Source: the human T2T-CHM13v2.0 reference genome, Homo sapiens
Assembly: GCF_009914755.1 (NCBI RefSeq)
Contig: NC_060936.1
Direction: 5' to 3' (one strand)
DNA: 64,000 nt
Shown here: positions 30,751-45,053 of the stretch, in pieces
Numbering within the stretch: position 1 is the stretch's first letter
Layout: the number at the start of each line of letters is the position of its first letter
The notes under the pieces: model-generated
Database searches by the model: none
What the model saw: the letters and a program-made list of their open reading frames with translations, nothing else
Told to the model about the DNA's origin: nothing
Position numbers and translations under genes: made by a program

Positions 30751-30928
30751 ACACACACACACACACACACACACAAATCCAAATCCAATACACAATCTTA
30801 GAACATTATCTTTGTGTACCTCAACATAACCTGTAAAAGTATTTCTAGATAAAACTTTACAAGTGAAGAAAGAAAACCCATGATGTTACACTTACACACT
30901 TACACACACACACACACACACACACACA
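30751..30928 (+). repeat. Two (CA)12-13 microsatellites in the TFCP2 3'UTR
   Basis: 30751-30775 and 30902-30928. Confidence 0.95.
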
Positions 30929-31384
30929 ATCATTCTTAAGGAAGAACAAAAACATGGTAAGAGTGTGAACAGGAAGGGAATGCATCTTTTTTTGTAAAGC
31001 TTATATTAAAAAACATAGCATGAGTAAAATAACTTCCTATGCCAAGAGAAGATGCAGAGAGAGGAAACAGAAAGCAGGGATGAGACTAACTCATTAATAA
31101 ATAGTTTGAGAATGTCATTCAAGAACAGTAAATTTGGGGAGTTACAGATAATCCCCAGTTGTCACCACCTCAAATTCTTTGATTCCGATAACTAATGACA
31201 CTTAAAAAGCATCTATGTGTTCATTTCTTGTAGGTCTTGATTTGTTCATCATTATTTAGGTGTGCTTTGTCTCTTTCAGTGGTTAATTCCTCAGTTCATA
31301 CTCAGTGTTATGTTGTAGTCACCAGAAGGGCCACAGTAATAAGCGAAGTGAACACAGGTTATAATGGGTAGCACTGGTGGTATG

Positions 31385-31605
31385 AGAGGGTGAATAAGGA
31401 GGGCCAGATTGCCTGGTTTGGATTTCAGCATCACTGCCTGCCAGCTCCTGGCACCTAGCAAGCTACTTAGCCACTGTGTGTCTCCATTTCCTCATCTTCG
31501 GTTGGGGGTCACTATAGCACCTACTTCAGATAGTGTGATTAGGGGGTTAAACAAGATGGTCATTCAAAAAATTTATCACACTGCCTGGTCAATAAATGTT
31601 AGCTG
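31385..31605 (+). mobile_element. MIR inside the TFCP2 3'UTR (antisense to the mRNA)
   Basis: GCCAGATTGCCTGGTTTG...CCATTTCCTCATCT...CACCTACTTCAGATAG...CAATAAATGTTAGCT. Confidence 0.75.
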
Positions 31606-32157
31606 AAAATACTATTAGTTGTGGTATTACAGGGGAACCAAAAGGAAAATTCTGTATTTCTCCTCACTGATAAAGTTTTCAGGGACAAACTGTGGCAAAA
31701 AGCAGAGATACCAGTACATTTGAGACCAGTACAAAGAGATTGAAGACCTAGTCTTATGAATATAGATACCCATTTTTATATAAGAAAAAAATTACAGGGC
31801 TCCATATCACAAAATTTAAGATCTTCCTGTTAAACATCACACAATTCCCATCATCATTATGCCCTACATACACTCTAAATTATGTAGAGTTTCTACTGAT
31901 ATTTAACAACAACAAGGTCCAGAAATTTAACTAAAACAGCTGCAGAACTGCATATTGGGCAGTAATCTGTGTGTACCACAAGAGCTTGGGCCAACACAGA
32001 GGGCCAGGATTCTGCCTCCATGGCCTGGACTCCTCCACACACAGTCAGACGAGTCAGGTTCTTGCAGACCTTCAAATCTCCATTCATATCCCCCTTCAAG
32101 AGGGCCGTTTTCAGAGGTGAAGGAAGGAGCAGCCACTGGGCACGAAACGCCGCACTC

Positions 32158-32195
32158 CTACTTCAGTATGATATGATAGCTATCATTGGTTTCTG
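32158..32195 (-). CDS. TFCP2: TFCP2 exon 15 (AETNDSYHIILK*)
   Basis: Acceptor ttttaacag|CA; TAG at 32160-32158; matches the known TFCP2 C-terminus. Confidence 0.96.
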
Positions 32196-32412
32196 CTGTT
32201 AAAAAAAAGAGAGAGAGAGAATCATCTTTAGTCACCTCTAAAACACAGCAGGAGAAAAAAAGTATGGTAAGATTCTCGTGAGAAGGGGAGAAAAGGGAGG
32301 TGGAGGTTGCAGTGAGCTGAGATCACGCCACTGGACTCCAGCTTGGGCAACAAGAGCGAAATTCTGTCTCAAAAAAAATGCATTATAAAAACAACATGCC
32401 TCAATTTCCTCA

Positions 32413-32759
<347 letters not shown>

Positions 32760-32906
32760 TTAAAAAAAGGAACAATCTCTAATATTGTCACTTTCTTTAC
32801 CCAAATATGGTTACTTTTCCTATCTCTCCTCAAAGAAGTATGTACTTTGCCTAGTAGTAGTAAAGCTGTTAAACTGCTTAGAGAAAGATGTTTGTCTTAC
32901 TATTAC

Positions 32907-32958
32907 CTTTCATTGTGTCCAGAATAAAACATGCTTCTTCCTGAAAGTTCTGTATCAT
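32907..32958 (-). CDS. TFCP2: TFCP2 exon 14 (MIQNFQEEACFILDTMK)
   Basis: ttttcag|ATG ... AAAG|gtaata; 52 nt. Confidence 0.96.
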
Positions 32959-35693
32959 CTGAAAAATGCAAGAAAATTTGTGATTATTTAAATGAAAAAC
33001 AACCCCTTTATATTCCTGTGTCCCTAAGGACTACCCCACATCCAGAGGGATTTATATGGGAGGCTTTACAGGTCACAAATAATGTATTTCTTGAATATCT
33101 AGGATCATAAAAGTTTTTTCCTCCCCTCCCATTTGGTTTTTAAATATTAAAAAACTAAGCAGATTGGAAGAGTTGTTTTAAAGCCTGGTATGCATTTCCC
33201 TGGGTTAACCCCAAGACTCTCCAAGGAGCACACGGACACAAATATGTGCATACAGGAGAACTGACTTCCGTGTCTTCAACTCCCATATGTGCTCTTTCCT
33301 AAAACCTCTTTAATTTTCCTTCCCCACTTTCCCTTCTCAAACTCCCTTCTCCCAGGGATAAACTCCCTTCTCCCAAGATAAAGGCATGAGTTTCACCCTC
33401 CCAGGAGCCTAATAAGGTGGCCCATGATGTGAAAGCTTCAGGTGGCAAAGTGGAATGGCGAAGGTGAACGCTAATAACTGAGCAATAGACCCTTTTATGA
33501 GCCACATGGTTTCTAACTCTTTCCTTTCACCAGAATTAAAGAGTAACCTAATCACAAATTGTCGTAAGACAGAGGATTCAAAATGATTTTTTGGTAATAT
33601 CACTATGTAATTTCTGGTATATAATTCTGAAGTATAATCTAATGACATTGTCATTACAAAATTCCATCCATTCCTATCAATTTATGGGAATCAAGTCCCT
33701 CAGCATTTATATCTAGAGGAAAAAAACAGAATGGAATTGATGCTGAAATCCTGTGTCATTCTAGCAATCAATAGGCAGTATTCAGCTACAAAGGAAATAA
33801 TTATGTGCAAGGGTACAGGTAGGGAACGAAACAATTTCATCGAACTCATTCATAGATATACCTGTAATAATTTTTTCTTAATTTTTTTTTTTTTTTCTGA
33901 GACAGAGTTTTGCTCTTGTTGCCCAGGCTGGAGCGCAATGCCCCCATCTCGGCTCACGCAACCTCCGCCTCCTGGGTTCAAGGGATTCTCCTGCCTCAGC
34001 CTCCTGAGTAGGTGGGATTATAGGCACGTGCCACCACACCCGGCTAATTTTGTATTTTAGTAGAGACAGGGTTTCTCTATGTTGGTCAAACTCCTGACCT
34101 CAGGTGATCTGCTTGCCTCGGCCTCCCAAAGTGCTGGGATTACAGGTGTGAGCCACTGTGCCTGGCCTTCTTTTTTTCTTTTTTTGGATGAAGTCTCGCT
34201 CTGTCGCCTAGGCTGGAGTGCGGTGGCGCAATCTTGGCTCACCGCAACCTCTGCCTCTCGGGTTCAAGCAGTTCTCTGCCTCAGCCTCCCAAGTAGCTGG
34301 GATTATAGGCACCTGCCATCATGCCCAGCTAATTTTTGTATTTTTAGTAGAGATGGGGTTTCACCATCTTGGACACGATGGTCTTGAACTTCTGACCTTG
34401 TGATCCACCCGTCTCAGCCTCCCAAAGTGCTGGGTTTACAGGCATGAGCCATTGCGCCTGGGCAGCCTTCTTAATCTTTAATAATTACTTATTAAAACAT
34501 GTAGCATATTTACATTATTTTAATCAATTGTATAATTATGATAATTCCATTATAATAATTTTTAAATTTTTATTTAAAAACTTTATTTCAAACAAATATA
34601 GTAGGATAATCAATAAAAGATGTTTGTGCATAAAAATATGTTATGGTAAGATGGCCAGGCGTGGTGGTTCACATCTGTAATCCCAGCACTTCGGGAGGCT
34701 GAGGCGGGTTGATCACTTGAGGCCAGGAGTTCGAGACCAGACTGGCCACATGGTGAAACCCAGCCTCTACTAAAAATACAAAAATTAGCCAGGCATGGTG
34801 GTGGGTGCCTGTAATACCAGCTACTTGGGAGGCTGAGGCAGGAGAATTGCTTGAACCTAGGAGGCGGGGTTGCAGTGAGCCGAGATCACACCACCGCACA
34901 ACAGCCTGGGCGACAGAGTGAGACTCTGTCTCAAAAAAAAAAAGTTACAGTAAGATAAAATTCACCGGGGGAAGTAAATGAAAATAAGAGTTCAAGGAAA
35001 CAGAGGAATAGTATAAGAATTCTAACTGTTAAAGAAAAGCACAATCATGTATTTTTTTTTAATGGATGGTGGTGGTATTAAATCATTTTTGTATTAAGGT
35101 TACATGGGATGCAATTAGAATAATGATGTAACCATTTCACTTAAAAATGTCATTATATATGCCCAGAAATGACATCTTTTACAACTATTTAAACTTTAAC
35201 AAAAAATTTTAAGTCAACCTAAAAATGTGCATGGGAATATGTGGTTTTTAAAATATTTTAGGACCAGGCGCAGTGGCTCACATCTGGAATCCCACCACTT
35301 TGGGAGGCCGAGGCGGGTGGATCACTTGAGGCCAGGAGTTTGAGACCAACCTGGCCAACATGGCAAAACCCCATCTCTACTAAAAATACAAAAATTAGCC
35401 AGGCGTGGTGGCGCACGCCTGTAATTCCCACTATTCGGGAAGCTGAGACAGGAGAATCACTTGAATCCAGGAGGAGGAGGTCGCAGTGACCTGAGATTGG
35501 GCCACTGCACTCCGGCCTGGGCAACAGAGAGAGACTGTTTCAAAAAAAAAAAAAATTAGGAGGAAAGCAAGCAAAAAAGTATGAAACCCTCTGATCTAGA
35601 AAACAGAACACTCTGCCCCAGGAGAACTGCTCTTGCTCCATGCGCTGACAAATTAATCATCATCTGGTAATTCAACTGTACTGAAAAATCTAC

Positions 35694-35836
35694 CTCATCA
35701 CTGATGAGCACATGAATTCCTGTTGGCCCCTGCTTGTAAATCTGGCTGATCTGGCAAGGGGAAATGCTGAAAAGCTGAGCAATTTTTTCTGTCAATTCAA
35801 CAGCTGTTAGTTCTTCTAGATAGATAGCATGGTAAA
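35694..35836 (-). CDS. TFCP2: TFCP2 exon 13 (VYHAIYLEELTAVELTEKIAQLF...ISDE), ubiquitin-like fold region
   Basis: ttttgcag|TT ... GAG|gtagat; 143 nt. Confidence 0.96.
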
Positions 35837-36571
35837 CTGCAAAAGGGAGAGAGCAACAGCAGTCAGTACAAAGTTTGTCCACTCTTACAGGTAACTTGAT
35901 CACTAGGAATGCCCACTTTTCTGAAGGACTCAGAAATCACACTGCCTAAGTTCAAATCCTGGCTCAACCACTTGCAGCTGTGTGACCTAGGGCAAGTTAT
36001 TTAACATTCCTAGGCCTGATTTTTCTTGCATAAATACCGGAGATAACAGTAAAATCCTCCGCAAAGAGGAGATATTAGTTGTAAATATTAAAGCATATAA
36101 AAAGTGTTAAGAATAGTACCTGGCTGGGTGTAGTGGTTTACACCTATAGTCCCAGCAATTTGGGAGGCTGAGGCAGGGAGATCGCTTGAGCCCAGGAGTT
36201 CAAGACCAGCCTGGGCAACATAGGGAGATCCCATCTCTACAATAAATAAAACAATTAGGCAAATGAGTAGCTTTAGTTCTAGCTACTCGGTAGGCTGAGG
36301 GGAGAGAATCACTTGAGCCCAGGTGGTCAAGGCTGCAATGAGTCATGATTGTGCCACTGTACTTCAGCCTGGGTAACTGAGTGAGACTCTGTCTCAAAAA
36401 AAAAAAAAAGAATGGCACCTGCCATGTATTAGGAACTTAATAAATGCTAGTGATTATTGTTACTTCTAGCAAATACTAAATCTGCTGTTTGATAGTTTCC
36501 CATCACACATGCCCATAAGTTATCTCTTCACCTTTCTTCATATCTGTCCTAGTGTGTCCAGAACAACCTAC

Positions 36572-36696
36572 CGAAGAAAGTACCATTTGAGTCTCCATCC
36601 TCATGCTTCTGCTGCTGTTGCTGCTGCTGTTGTTGCTGCTCCCTCAACTGCAGTGATTCCTGACAAACATAAATGGTTAACCTTGGACGCACCATC
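36572..36696 (-). CDS. TFCP2: TFCP2 exon 12 (MVRPRLTIYVCQESLQLRE-Q10-KHEDGDSNGTFF)
   Basis: ccccttag|G ... TTCG|gtaggt; 125 nt; polyQ tract. Confidence 0.96.
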
Positions 36697-38001
36697 CTAA
36701 GGGGAGGAAAAAGGCTAATTAGTCTTACATTCTTTATGGTAAGCACAATAAAAAGAAGGGAGAAATTGTGTTTCTACATTAATCGTATAGAGCAGATGAA
36801 AATTGGAAGCTCATTGGCCAAATGCAATTAATTTGCTATGTTTTATTAGTTCCCCAGTAGTAGGGTTTTTTTTTTCCTTAAGTGGAATTAGTTCCAATAT
36901 GAGACATCATATAAACCTCTGAACTTTTGGCTTTTCCTGAAGACTCAGATCTAGCAATCTTAGGCCTGCATTCTCACATGAAAACAATCAGCCGTTCTTC
37001 TTACATGATGCATATATTCTTCACTATACCCCAGTCTTGACTGCCATTCACTTACATTACCTGTATGTACTCTATAGTCATTTGAGTTTGTGGCCTTTGG
37101 TGTAAAAGTTAGAAATAGTCAAAATATAAAAGCCACCGTCTAATGGGTCAGGTTCAAGATATACTTTTTACTAAAAAATGCCAACACAGTAAACTAGATC
37201 ATCTTATTTCTCTCATTACCTTCTCCTAACTAGCCTAAGTCCTTTCTCTGTTCTTCTTAGAGAAAGGTATTCAACTACCTCTTGATCTGATCATCTTACT
37301 CCTTCCAATTTCTAAACACCCTTTAGATAATATGCTTGAAAAAATGAAAGATCAATTATTTTTCCACAAGTCATCAACCCCTGATTTCACTTCCTTCCTT
37401 AAAATTTTCCAAGATTCAACATCCCTTATGATGTAGACAAAAACAAATATGACCAGGCACGGTGGCTCACATCTGTAATCCCAGCACTTTAGGAAGGCGA
37501 GTCAGAAGGATTGCTTGAGCTCAGGAGTTTGAGACCAGCCAGGGGAACACGGCAAAACCGCGCCTCTACAAAAAGTACAAAATTAGGCGGGCGTGGTGGT
37601 GCGTGCCTGTAGTCCCAGCTGCTCAGGGATCTAGGCAGGAGGATGGCTTGAGCCCAGGAAATCGAGGCTGCAGTGAGCCATGATTGCATTGCTGCACTCC
37701 AGGCTGGGTGACAGAGCAAGACCCTGTCTGAAGAAAAAAACCCCAAAACAAAAGCAAACCAAAAATAAATACTGCACACTCTGTTTTACTATGTAGTCAC
37801 TGATTTAGTTCTGTTGCCATTGACCTAAATGCTTTTTTCATCAGTTACTACTACCTATTTAAAATTGTAAATCCCAAAAAAGGACCACAAATTACTATGT
37901 ATTTTAACAATTGCAGGCAGACACTTCCTACCCACATTTGCCGGGTGCGGTGGCTCACGCCTGTAATCCCAGCACTTTGGGAGGCCAAGGCGGGTGGATC
38001 A

Positions 38002-38278
<277 letters not shown>

Positions 38279-38851
38279 TTAAAACCAACTTGGGACCTTT
38301 GCACCTGTTGTTCCTTCTGCCTAGAACAGTCTCCCTTCCTGTGACTCCAGAGCTGCATCTTTCTCAGAACTCAGCTTAAGTATCCCCTCCTTGGAGAGGC
38401 CCTTCCTGACCATATTCTGGGCACCCTATAGCCCACAACCTTGTTTTTTGCTTATTTGTTTTGTTTTCCTTCAAAGCTCTTATCACTATCCACAATATTT
38501 ATTATCTTACTCCCCATTAGAAAGTAAACTCCCTAACAATGGGCACCCTGTTTTGCTCACCAATATATTAATATTCCCAGAGCCTACAATAGTACCTGGC
38601 TCATGAAAAGGATGATGAATTTTCATTGGAAAATTCATTCACCTGGAAATGAAAAATGGAATATCATGGGGAATTCCTTGGACAAAGTGCAAGAAAACAT
38701 TTTTCTAAAATCTTTATTTGGTACATAGCTGACATTTAAAACAAATGTTTTGAGAAGGTGTATTTAGCTGTGTAGAGTATTGTGAAGAATTCCTGAATCC
38801 AAATCCATTTGGAATCCCAACCTTATTGATATTTTAACACTAATTACATAC

Positions 38852-38942
38852 CGGCCTTTTAATGCATTAAAAAGTCTGATTCCATCTGCAGGGCCACAGA
38901 TTTGGATCACATCATCTCTAGTTAATTTCAATAAATCTGCCC
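38852..38942 (-). CDS. TFCP2: TFCP2 exon 11 ([31 protein letters not shown]), SAM domain
   Basis: attccag|GG ... CG|gtatgt; 91 nt. Confidence 0.96.
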
Positions 38943-39532
38943 CTGGAATAAATATAAGAAAATGGATGATAAAGGCAAAGATTCTCTTTGTTAATGACTA
39001 TTAAAATGGGCTGTATTATAAGGACACCTCATTACCAGAATGTTACAATCCATAATTTTCTTCATGGCATATAAGGCCCTTCATGACCTGGCTCCTAGCT
39101 CCTCTCCCGTCTCAATTCCCCCCAATTAACCTCCCCACTTAACCCTATGCTTTCATCATACTGATGATGTCTAATGAGCAAGTTGTTCTTTCTGCCTGAA
39201 ATAACCTTCCACTATCTAAGCTGGGCACAACATGCCTGTAGTCCCAGCTACTCGAGAAGCTGAGGTAGGAGGATTGTTGAGGCCAATCGACTGTTAGGAG
39301 TTCAAGACTGTTAGGCGTGGGCAACATAGCAAGACCCCATCTCTTAAAAAAAAAATCCTGGGCCAGGAGCAGTGACTCACGCCTGTAATCCCAGCACTTT
39401 GGGATGTCGAGGAGGGTGGATCATTTGAGGTCAGGAGTTCGAGACCAGCCTGGCCAACATGGTGAGACCCTGTCTCTATTAAAAATACAAAAATTAGTCG
39501 GGTGTGGTGGTGGGTGCCTGTAATCCCAGCTA

Positions 39533-39637
<105 letters not shown>

Positions 39638-39913
39638 TCAAAAAATAAATATATAAATAAATCCTGGATTCACCTCATGTGTCACACATGTTCCCTAACA
39701 CCAATCCTCCCATGAACGTCTTACTGTCACTATCAGAACACTTATCTACAAAATCACAACTATTTATCATTTTTTCAGAGTTTTATTTTGATTCGATTAG
39801 TTGTGTTTTGTTTCGGTGCTTTTTTTTTTTTGGATACCAGATGATTAATGGGCTATTTGATCAGGAAGTATGCCTCATCCATTTGTGTATTCCTACCACA
39901 TCAAAAAGTGCTA

Positions 39914-40090
<177 letters not shown>

Positions 40091-40586
40091 TCAGGAGGCT
40101 AAGGCAGGAGAATCACTTGAACCTGGGAGACGGAGGGTGCAGTGAGCCGAGATCATGCAACTGCACTCCAGCCTGGGTGACAGAGTGAGATTCCATCTCA
40201 AAGAAAAAGAAAAAAAAAGCTAAATAAAAGTGTATTGTGTAAATGAAATAAATTATAGTGATATCAAGGGGAAAATTTCAGACTACCTGCAAATGCCCCC
40301 TTGATAAAACTCTACGAAATATACATTTTAAAAAGCGTTGTATGAAATAAGCATTTTTAAATTAAATTGAATTTAAACTAAAAAGTGTTTGTTTTTAAGT
40401 ATTTCACAGCACAGCTGCAGCTAGTGAGAAAGTCTTAAGGGTTCTATGAAATTCATTTCATCAGAAAAATGCAGTAAGATCTCTCATACACATATACACA
40501 CACAACTCTCCCATGGATACCAGGAGGCCCTAGAATGCAAAGGAAAATTTCATGCTAGGGAAAACAAAAGAAAAAGAAAATTTAAC

Positions 40587-40680
40587 CTGAGAAGTTTGTG
40601 AAAAGCCTTGTGAATGTAGAAAAACGATTTCGATGCAACCACTGCTGAGCTTCCTGAGGTGTGGTTGTTGGTAAGAGGTT
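40587..40680 (-). CDS. TFCP2: TFCP2 exon 10 ([31 protein letters not shown])
   Basis: ctttcag|AAC ... TCAG|gttaaa; 94 nt. Confidence 0.96.
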
Positions 40681-40849
40681 CTGAAAGGGAGAGCACGTTT
40701 TTTAGATAACCAAATAGACTTGTCTGTTACCCCATTAGGTAACACATAGCCAAACACCCCACACAACCCCATACTCAGGCCTAGTTTGTGAAAGTTGTTT
40801 TCTCTTTCTCCAACCATGCAAGATGCTCAAGGAGTTCCATCCTTTTCTT

Positions 40850-40978
40850 CCCCACTAGACTATAAGCTGCTCAAATGGAAAGGTCCTGCATTACTTGTTT
40901 CATATCTTTAGTCCCTAGCACAGTATCTGGTTCATAGTCAAAATTCAATAAATGTTTGTTTAATGAATGAATGAATAA
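40850..40978 (+). mobile_element. L2 3' end (other L2 pieces at ~21940-22430, 38290-38620 and 39060-39900)
   Basis: CTAGACTATAAGCT...CCTAGCACAGTATCTGG...CAATAAATGTTTGTTTAATGAATGAATGAAT. Confidence 0.75.
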
Positions 40979-41071
40979 TACTCCCTAAAAGTTGGGCATT
41001 TCTACTGAATTGGACAGTCATCAAAGTATTACCAGACATTGCAAGTAACTGACATTCAACTTTAGACTTAC

Positions 41072-41120
41072 ATCTGTGACTGGAGGGGGTGGCTCTGGCT
41101 GGTGGTTTGGTGAACCATTT
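41072..41120 (-). CDS. TFCP2: TFCP2 exon 9 (NGSPNHQPEPPPPVTD)
   Basis: tctttag|A ... GAT|gtaagt; 49 nt. Confidence 0.95.
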
Positions 41121-41508
41121 CTAAAGAAACATTTAAAATGAAAGGATGAGTCCATGACACATGCTGGGGCTCATTATTTCATTCCTCAGCTTCACAATAA
41201 ATCTCATGCTAGAGATTAAAAAAAAATCTGTGCTCTCTCATAACACATTCTTATTCTTTGACCCAATACTTTAATTTTCTATTAGTTTAACCTAAAGACT
41301 TTATGAGGAGGGGGAGAAACTATGTCATTAGCAATATTTTCTTATTATTGAGGAAACTGAAGAAAATATCAACATTTCAATAAATTGGGACTGATGAGAT
41401 AAATTATGGCATAAAAATATTTAACCATAAATTTACTAAGATGAAAAATTATGAAAGAATAATTATCAAGAAAAAAATTTAAAAATAAAATGAAAAATAT
41501 CAGGATAA

Positions 41509-41865
<357 letters not shown>

Positions 41866-41963
41866 TGATCCGCCCGCCTCCGCCTCCCAAAGTGCTGGGA
41901 TTACAGGCGTGAGCCACCGCGCCCGGCAAAAAAAATTATTTTTAAAGTAGCCCCAAAAATTAG

Positions 41964-42289
<326 letters not shown>

Positions 42290-43441
42290 TGAGCCACCGC
42301 GCCCAGCCTGTTTTTCTTTATACGTTCTTTGTCTATGAATTGTCCCTCTTCCCTAATGCCTACTTTTATGGAAGAAAAAGTTTAACTAGTATGAAGTACA
42401 CGACAAAGAGAAGAGAAAAATTTTTAAACACAGCTCTTAAACCCTATATCATATTTGGAATTACCTATAAGTAGAATGTATCATCTATGTGGATGTTAAG
42501 ATTTTTTTTTCTTTTAAAAAAAGATCTTTTTCCTTTTTTAGCCTTAGCTGCAAAATTCAAATTTGGTATTCGAACTTAGTAATTAACTTATCTTAGGGCC
42601 CTACTTATATGTATTCCCTCTACAACTAATACCTACTTTTATTCTTAATTGTTACGTTTTAAATATTTAAGCTACCTTAATTAAATCCTTTAAAAAGTAG
42701 GTCAGACATAGAGCCTAAATAAATCCAAAACCACAAACATTGCAACCAAACAATATACTCGCACATTTGGTAGCCTAACTATTTCAAGTTTCAATATGGC
42801 TATGTGAAATACATGTTAAATGCTTGGACTATAATACAGCTACTTTTTAAAATTGGAGTAGGCATCTGTACCAACTTTCAATTATCTCTTATGGTAAAAG
42901 ATAATAAGGCAAGATTAAATGTATCCCATAAATAATTCCAAAACTTCATTTTAGCCATCATCTTCAAACTTATTTCCCCAATTATCAAAGATTCATAATA
43001 ATTAGGTGTTAGAAGTATTCCTAACAAGTAACAAAACAAATTTTAGTGTTTGTACAATTGTTTCCAGTTCCCAAAGACCACTGTCTGGTGCAAGTATGAT
43101 CAGGAAATGAAATAACCACAAGATGTGCAGTAATAGGGAGAGGCAAAAAGCCCAGATCATCAGTCCCTGAACCACTAAAAATTGACCATAAATGCTACTT
43201 TCTAGTGGGGGGAAAAAAGACGAGGAGGAGGGAGAGGGGAGAACACAAAGAGAAGAAAGGGCTATATAAAACTCTTTCGATCTCTTTTGAAGCTACTCCA
43301 AATCTCAGTTAATATATAAATCCATCAAAGAACGACCAAATAGATATACTTATTGATTTAAAAAAGATCTTGTTTATGAACAGGTAATGAAAGAATATAT
43401 ATTTTGGACAAATATAAGCCAATTTTATTTCCCAGACTTAC

Positions 43442-43530
43442 CCTTCCCCAAGAGAAAAACTGCTATGGGAACTGTTGAAGCCAGGTGATGGGGAGTTATT
43501 GACATACGTGATCTCGGGCCATGGAGAACA
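43442..43530 (-). CDS. TFCP2: TFCP2 exon 8 (CSPWPEITYVNNSPSPGFNSSHSSFSLGEG)
   Basis: tttttag|TGT ... GG|gtaagt; 89 nt. Confidence 0.96.
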
Positions 43531-43669
43531 CTAAAAACAAAGGATAAGTTAGATAATGAACGAGCACATATGACCCCAGGATTTGACTAAAACATTGTTA
43601 CTTGAATAGCACATCTTGATTAGTAAATCTTAATTCCTCAGAGACTCCCATAAGCAATAGAGAACACTG

Positions 43670-44058
43670 CTTCTCTTTCCGCCATCTTGGAGCCTGTGGG
43701 GAGGCCTGCTGAGAATAGGACTTCTAAAAAGAAATAAGTCTAGAAAACTACGGTCCCAGGCCATTTTTGTTGGTTATAAGTGGGTTCCAGAACCAAAGGC
43801 AGCACACAGCTCTTCCTAAAATTGAAGGTGGTTTATGCCCAAGATGAAACTGAATTCTATTTGGGCAAGAGATGTGCTTATGTATACAAAGCAAAGAACA
43901 CCACAATAGCTCCTGCAGCAAACCAAACCAAACCAGAGTAATTTGGGGAAAGATAACTTGGACACAGAGACAGTGGCATGGTTCGTGCCAAATTCTAAAG
44001 CAATCTTCCTGTTAAGGCCGCTGGACACAGAATCCATGTGATACTGTGTCCCTCAAGG
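43670..44058 (+). pseudogene. RPL35A processed pseudogene in TFCP2 intron 7 (antisense to host)
   Basis: Intronless; 5'TOP-like start CTTCTCTTTCCGCCATCTTGG; recognisable peptides [19 protein letters not shown] and GMVRAKF*SNLP; start codon lost, frameshifts and a stop. Confidence 0.93.
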
Positions 44059-44152
44059 CTTAGGAGAAGTAAATTCTGACCAGTTTGGAAGTGATGAATT
44101 TTTAAGATTAAAAATTATGAACTGAAATTGTCACCAAAAGAAATCTTTTTAC

Positions 44153-44263
44153 CTCTGTGAGTATGGTTGTCTCATAGGAAGGCTGATATTTCTCCTTTTC
44201 ATGAGGTGTTCGTTTCTCCATTTTTTCCCTATCCGTTTTTTGCTTTCTGTCTGCACCTTTGGG
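44153..44263 (-). CDS. TFCP2: TFCP2 exon 7 ([37 protein letters not shown])
   Basis: atttcag|CCC ... GAG|gtaaaa; 111 nt. Confidence 0.96.
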
Positions 44264-44494
44264 CTGAAATGAGAAATATTTTGTTTTAAATTCAGGTACT
44301 CACCTTTTAACCCAAAATATTGCTTCCAAAAACTTAAATATTCATGTATGAAACAAAATTGTATGTGCAGTGATGTAAAGGCAAGACACATCACTTTAAG
44401 TTTGAAAATAGGAAATTTAAATGTTTATATTCGATGGAGTTGAAAAGAATCAGATCTATAGCTACTGACATGGAAAGATCTCTAAAGCACATAG

Positions 44495-44701
<207 letters not shown>

Positions 44702-44915
44702 TAGTAGAGACGGGGTTTCACCATTTTGGTCAGGCTGGTCTTAAACTCCTGACCTTGTGATCCGCCCACCTCGGCCTCCCAAAGTGCTGGGATTACAGGC
44801 ATGAGCCACCGTGCCTAGCCTCAAAACATTTCAAATAGTATAATCCCATTTATGTGTCAAAGAAAATATGTATATAGCTATGTATGTGTGTGTATAAAAG
44901 CATAGGAAGGAACTA

Positions 44916-45053
<138 letters not shown>

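Larger units (their letters stand above)
30675..32157 (-). other. TFCP2: TFCP2 3'UTR (distal end approximate)
   Basis: Follows the TAG at 32158-32160; candidate ATTAAA signal on the minus strand at 30695-30700 with a GU-rich tract downstream. Confidence 0.7.

Noticed and set aside
33339-33383. 21-bp tandem duplication AAACTCCCTTCTCCCA(G/A)
   Set aside because: Ordinary local duplication in TFCP2 intron 13 with no functional cue.
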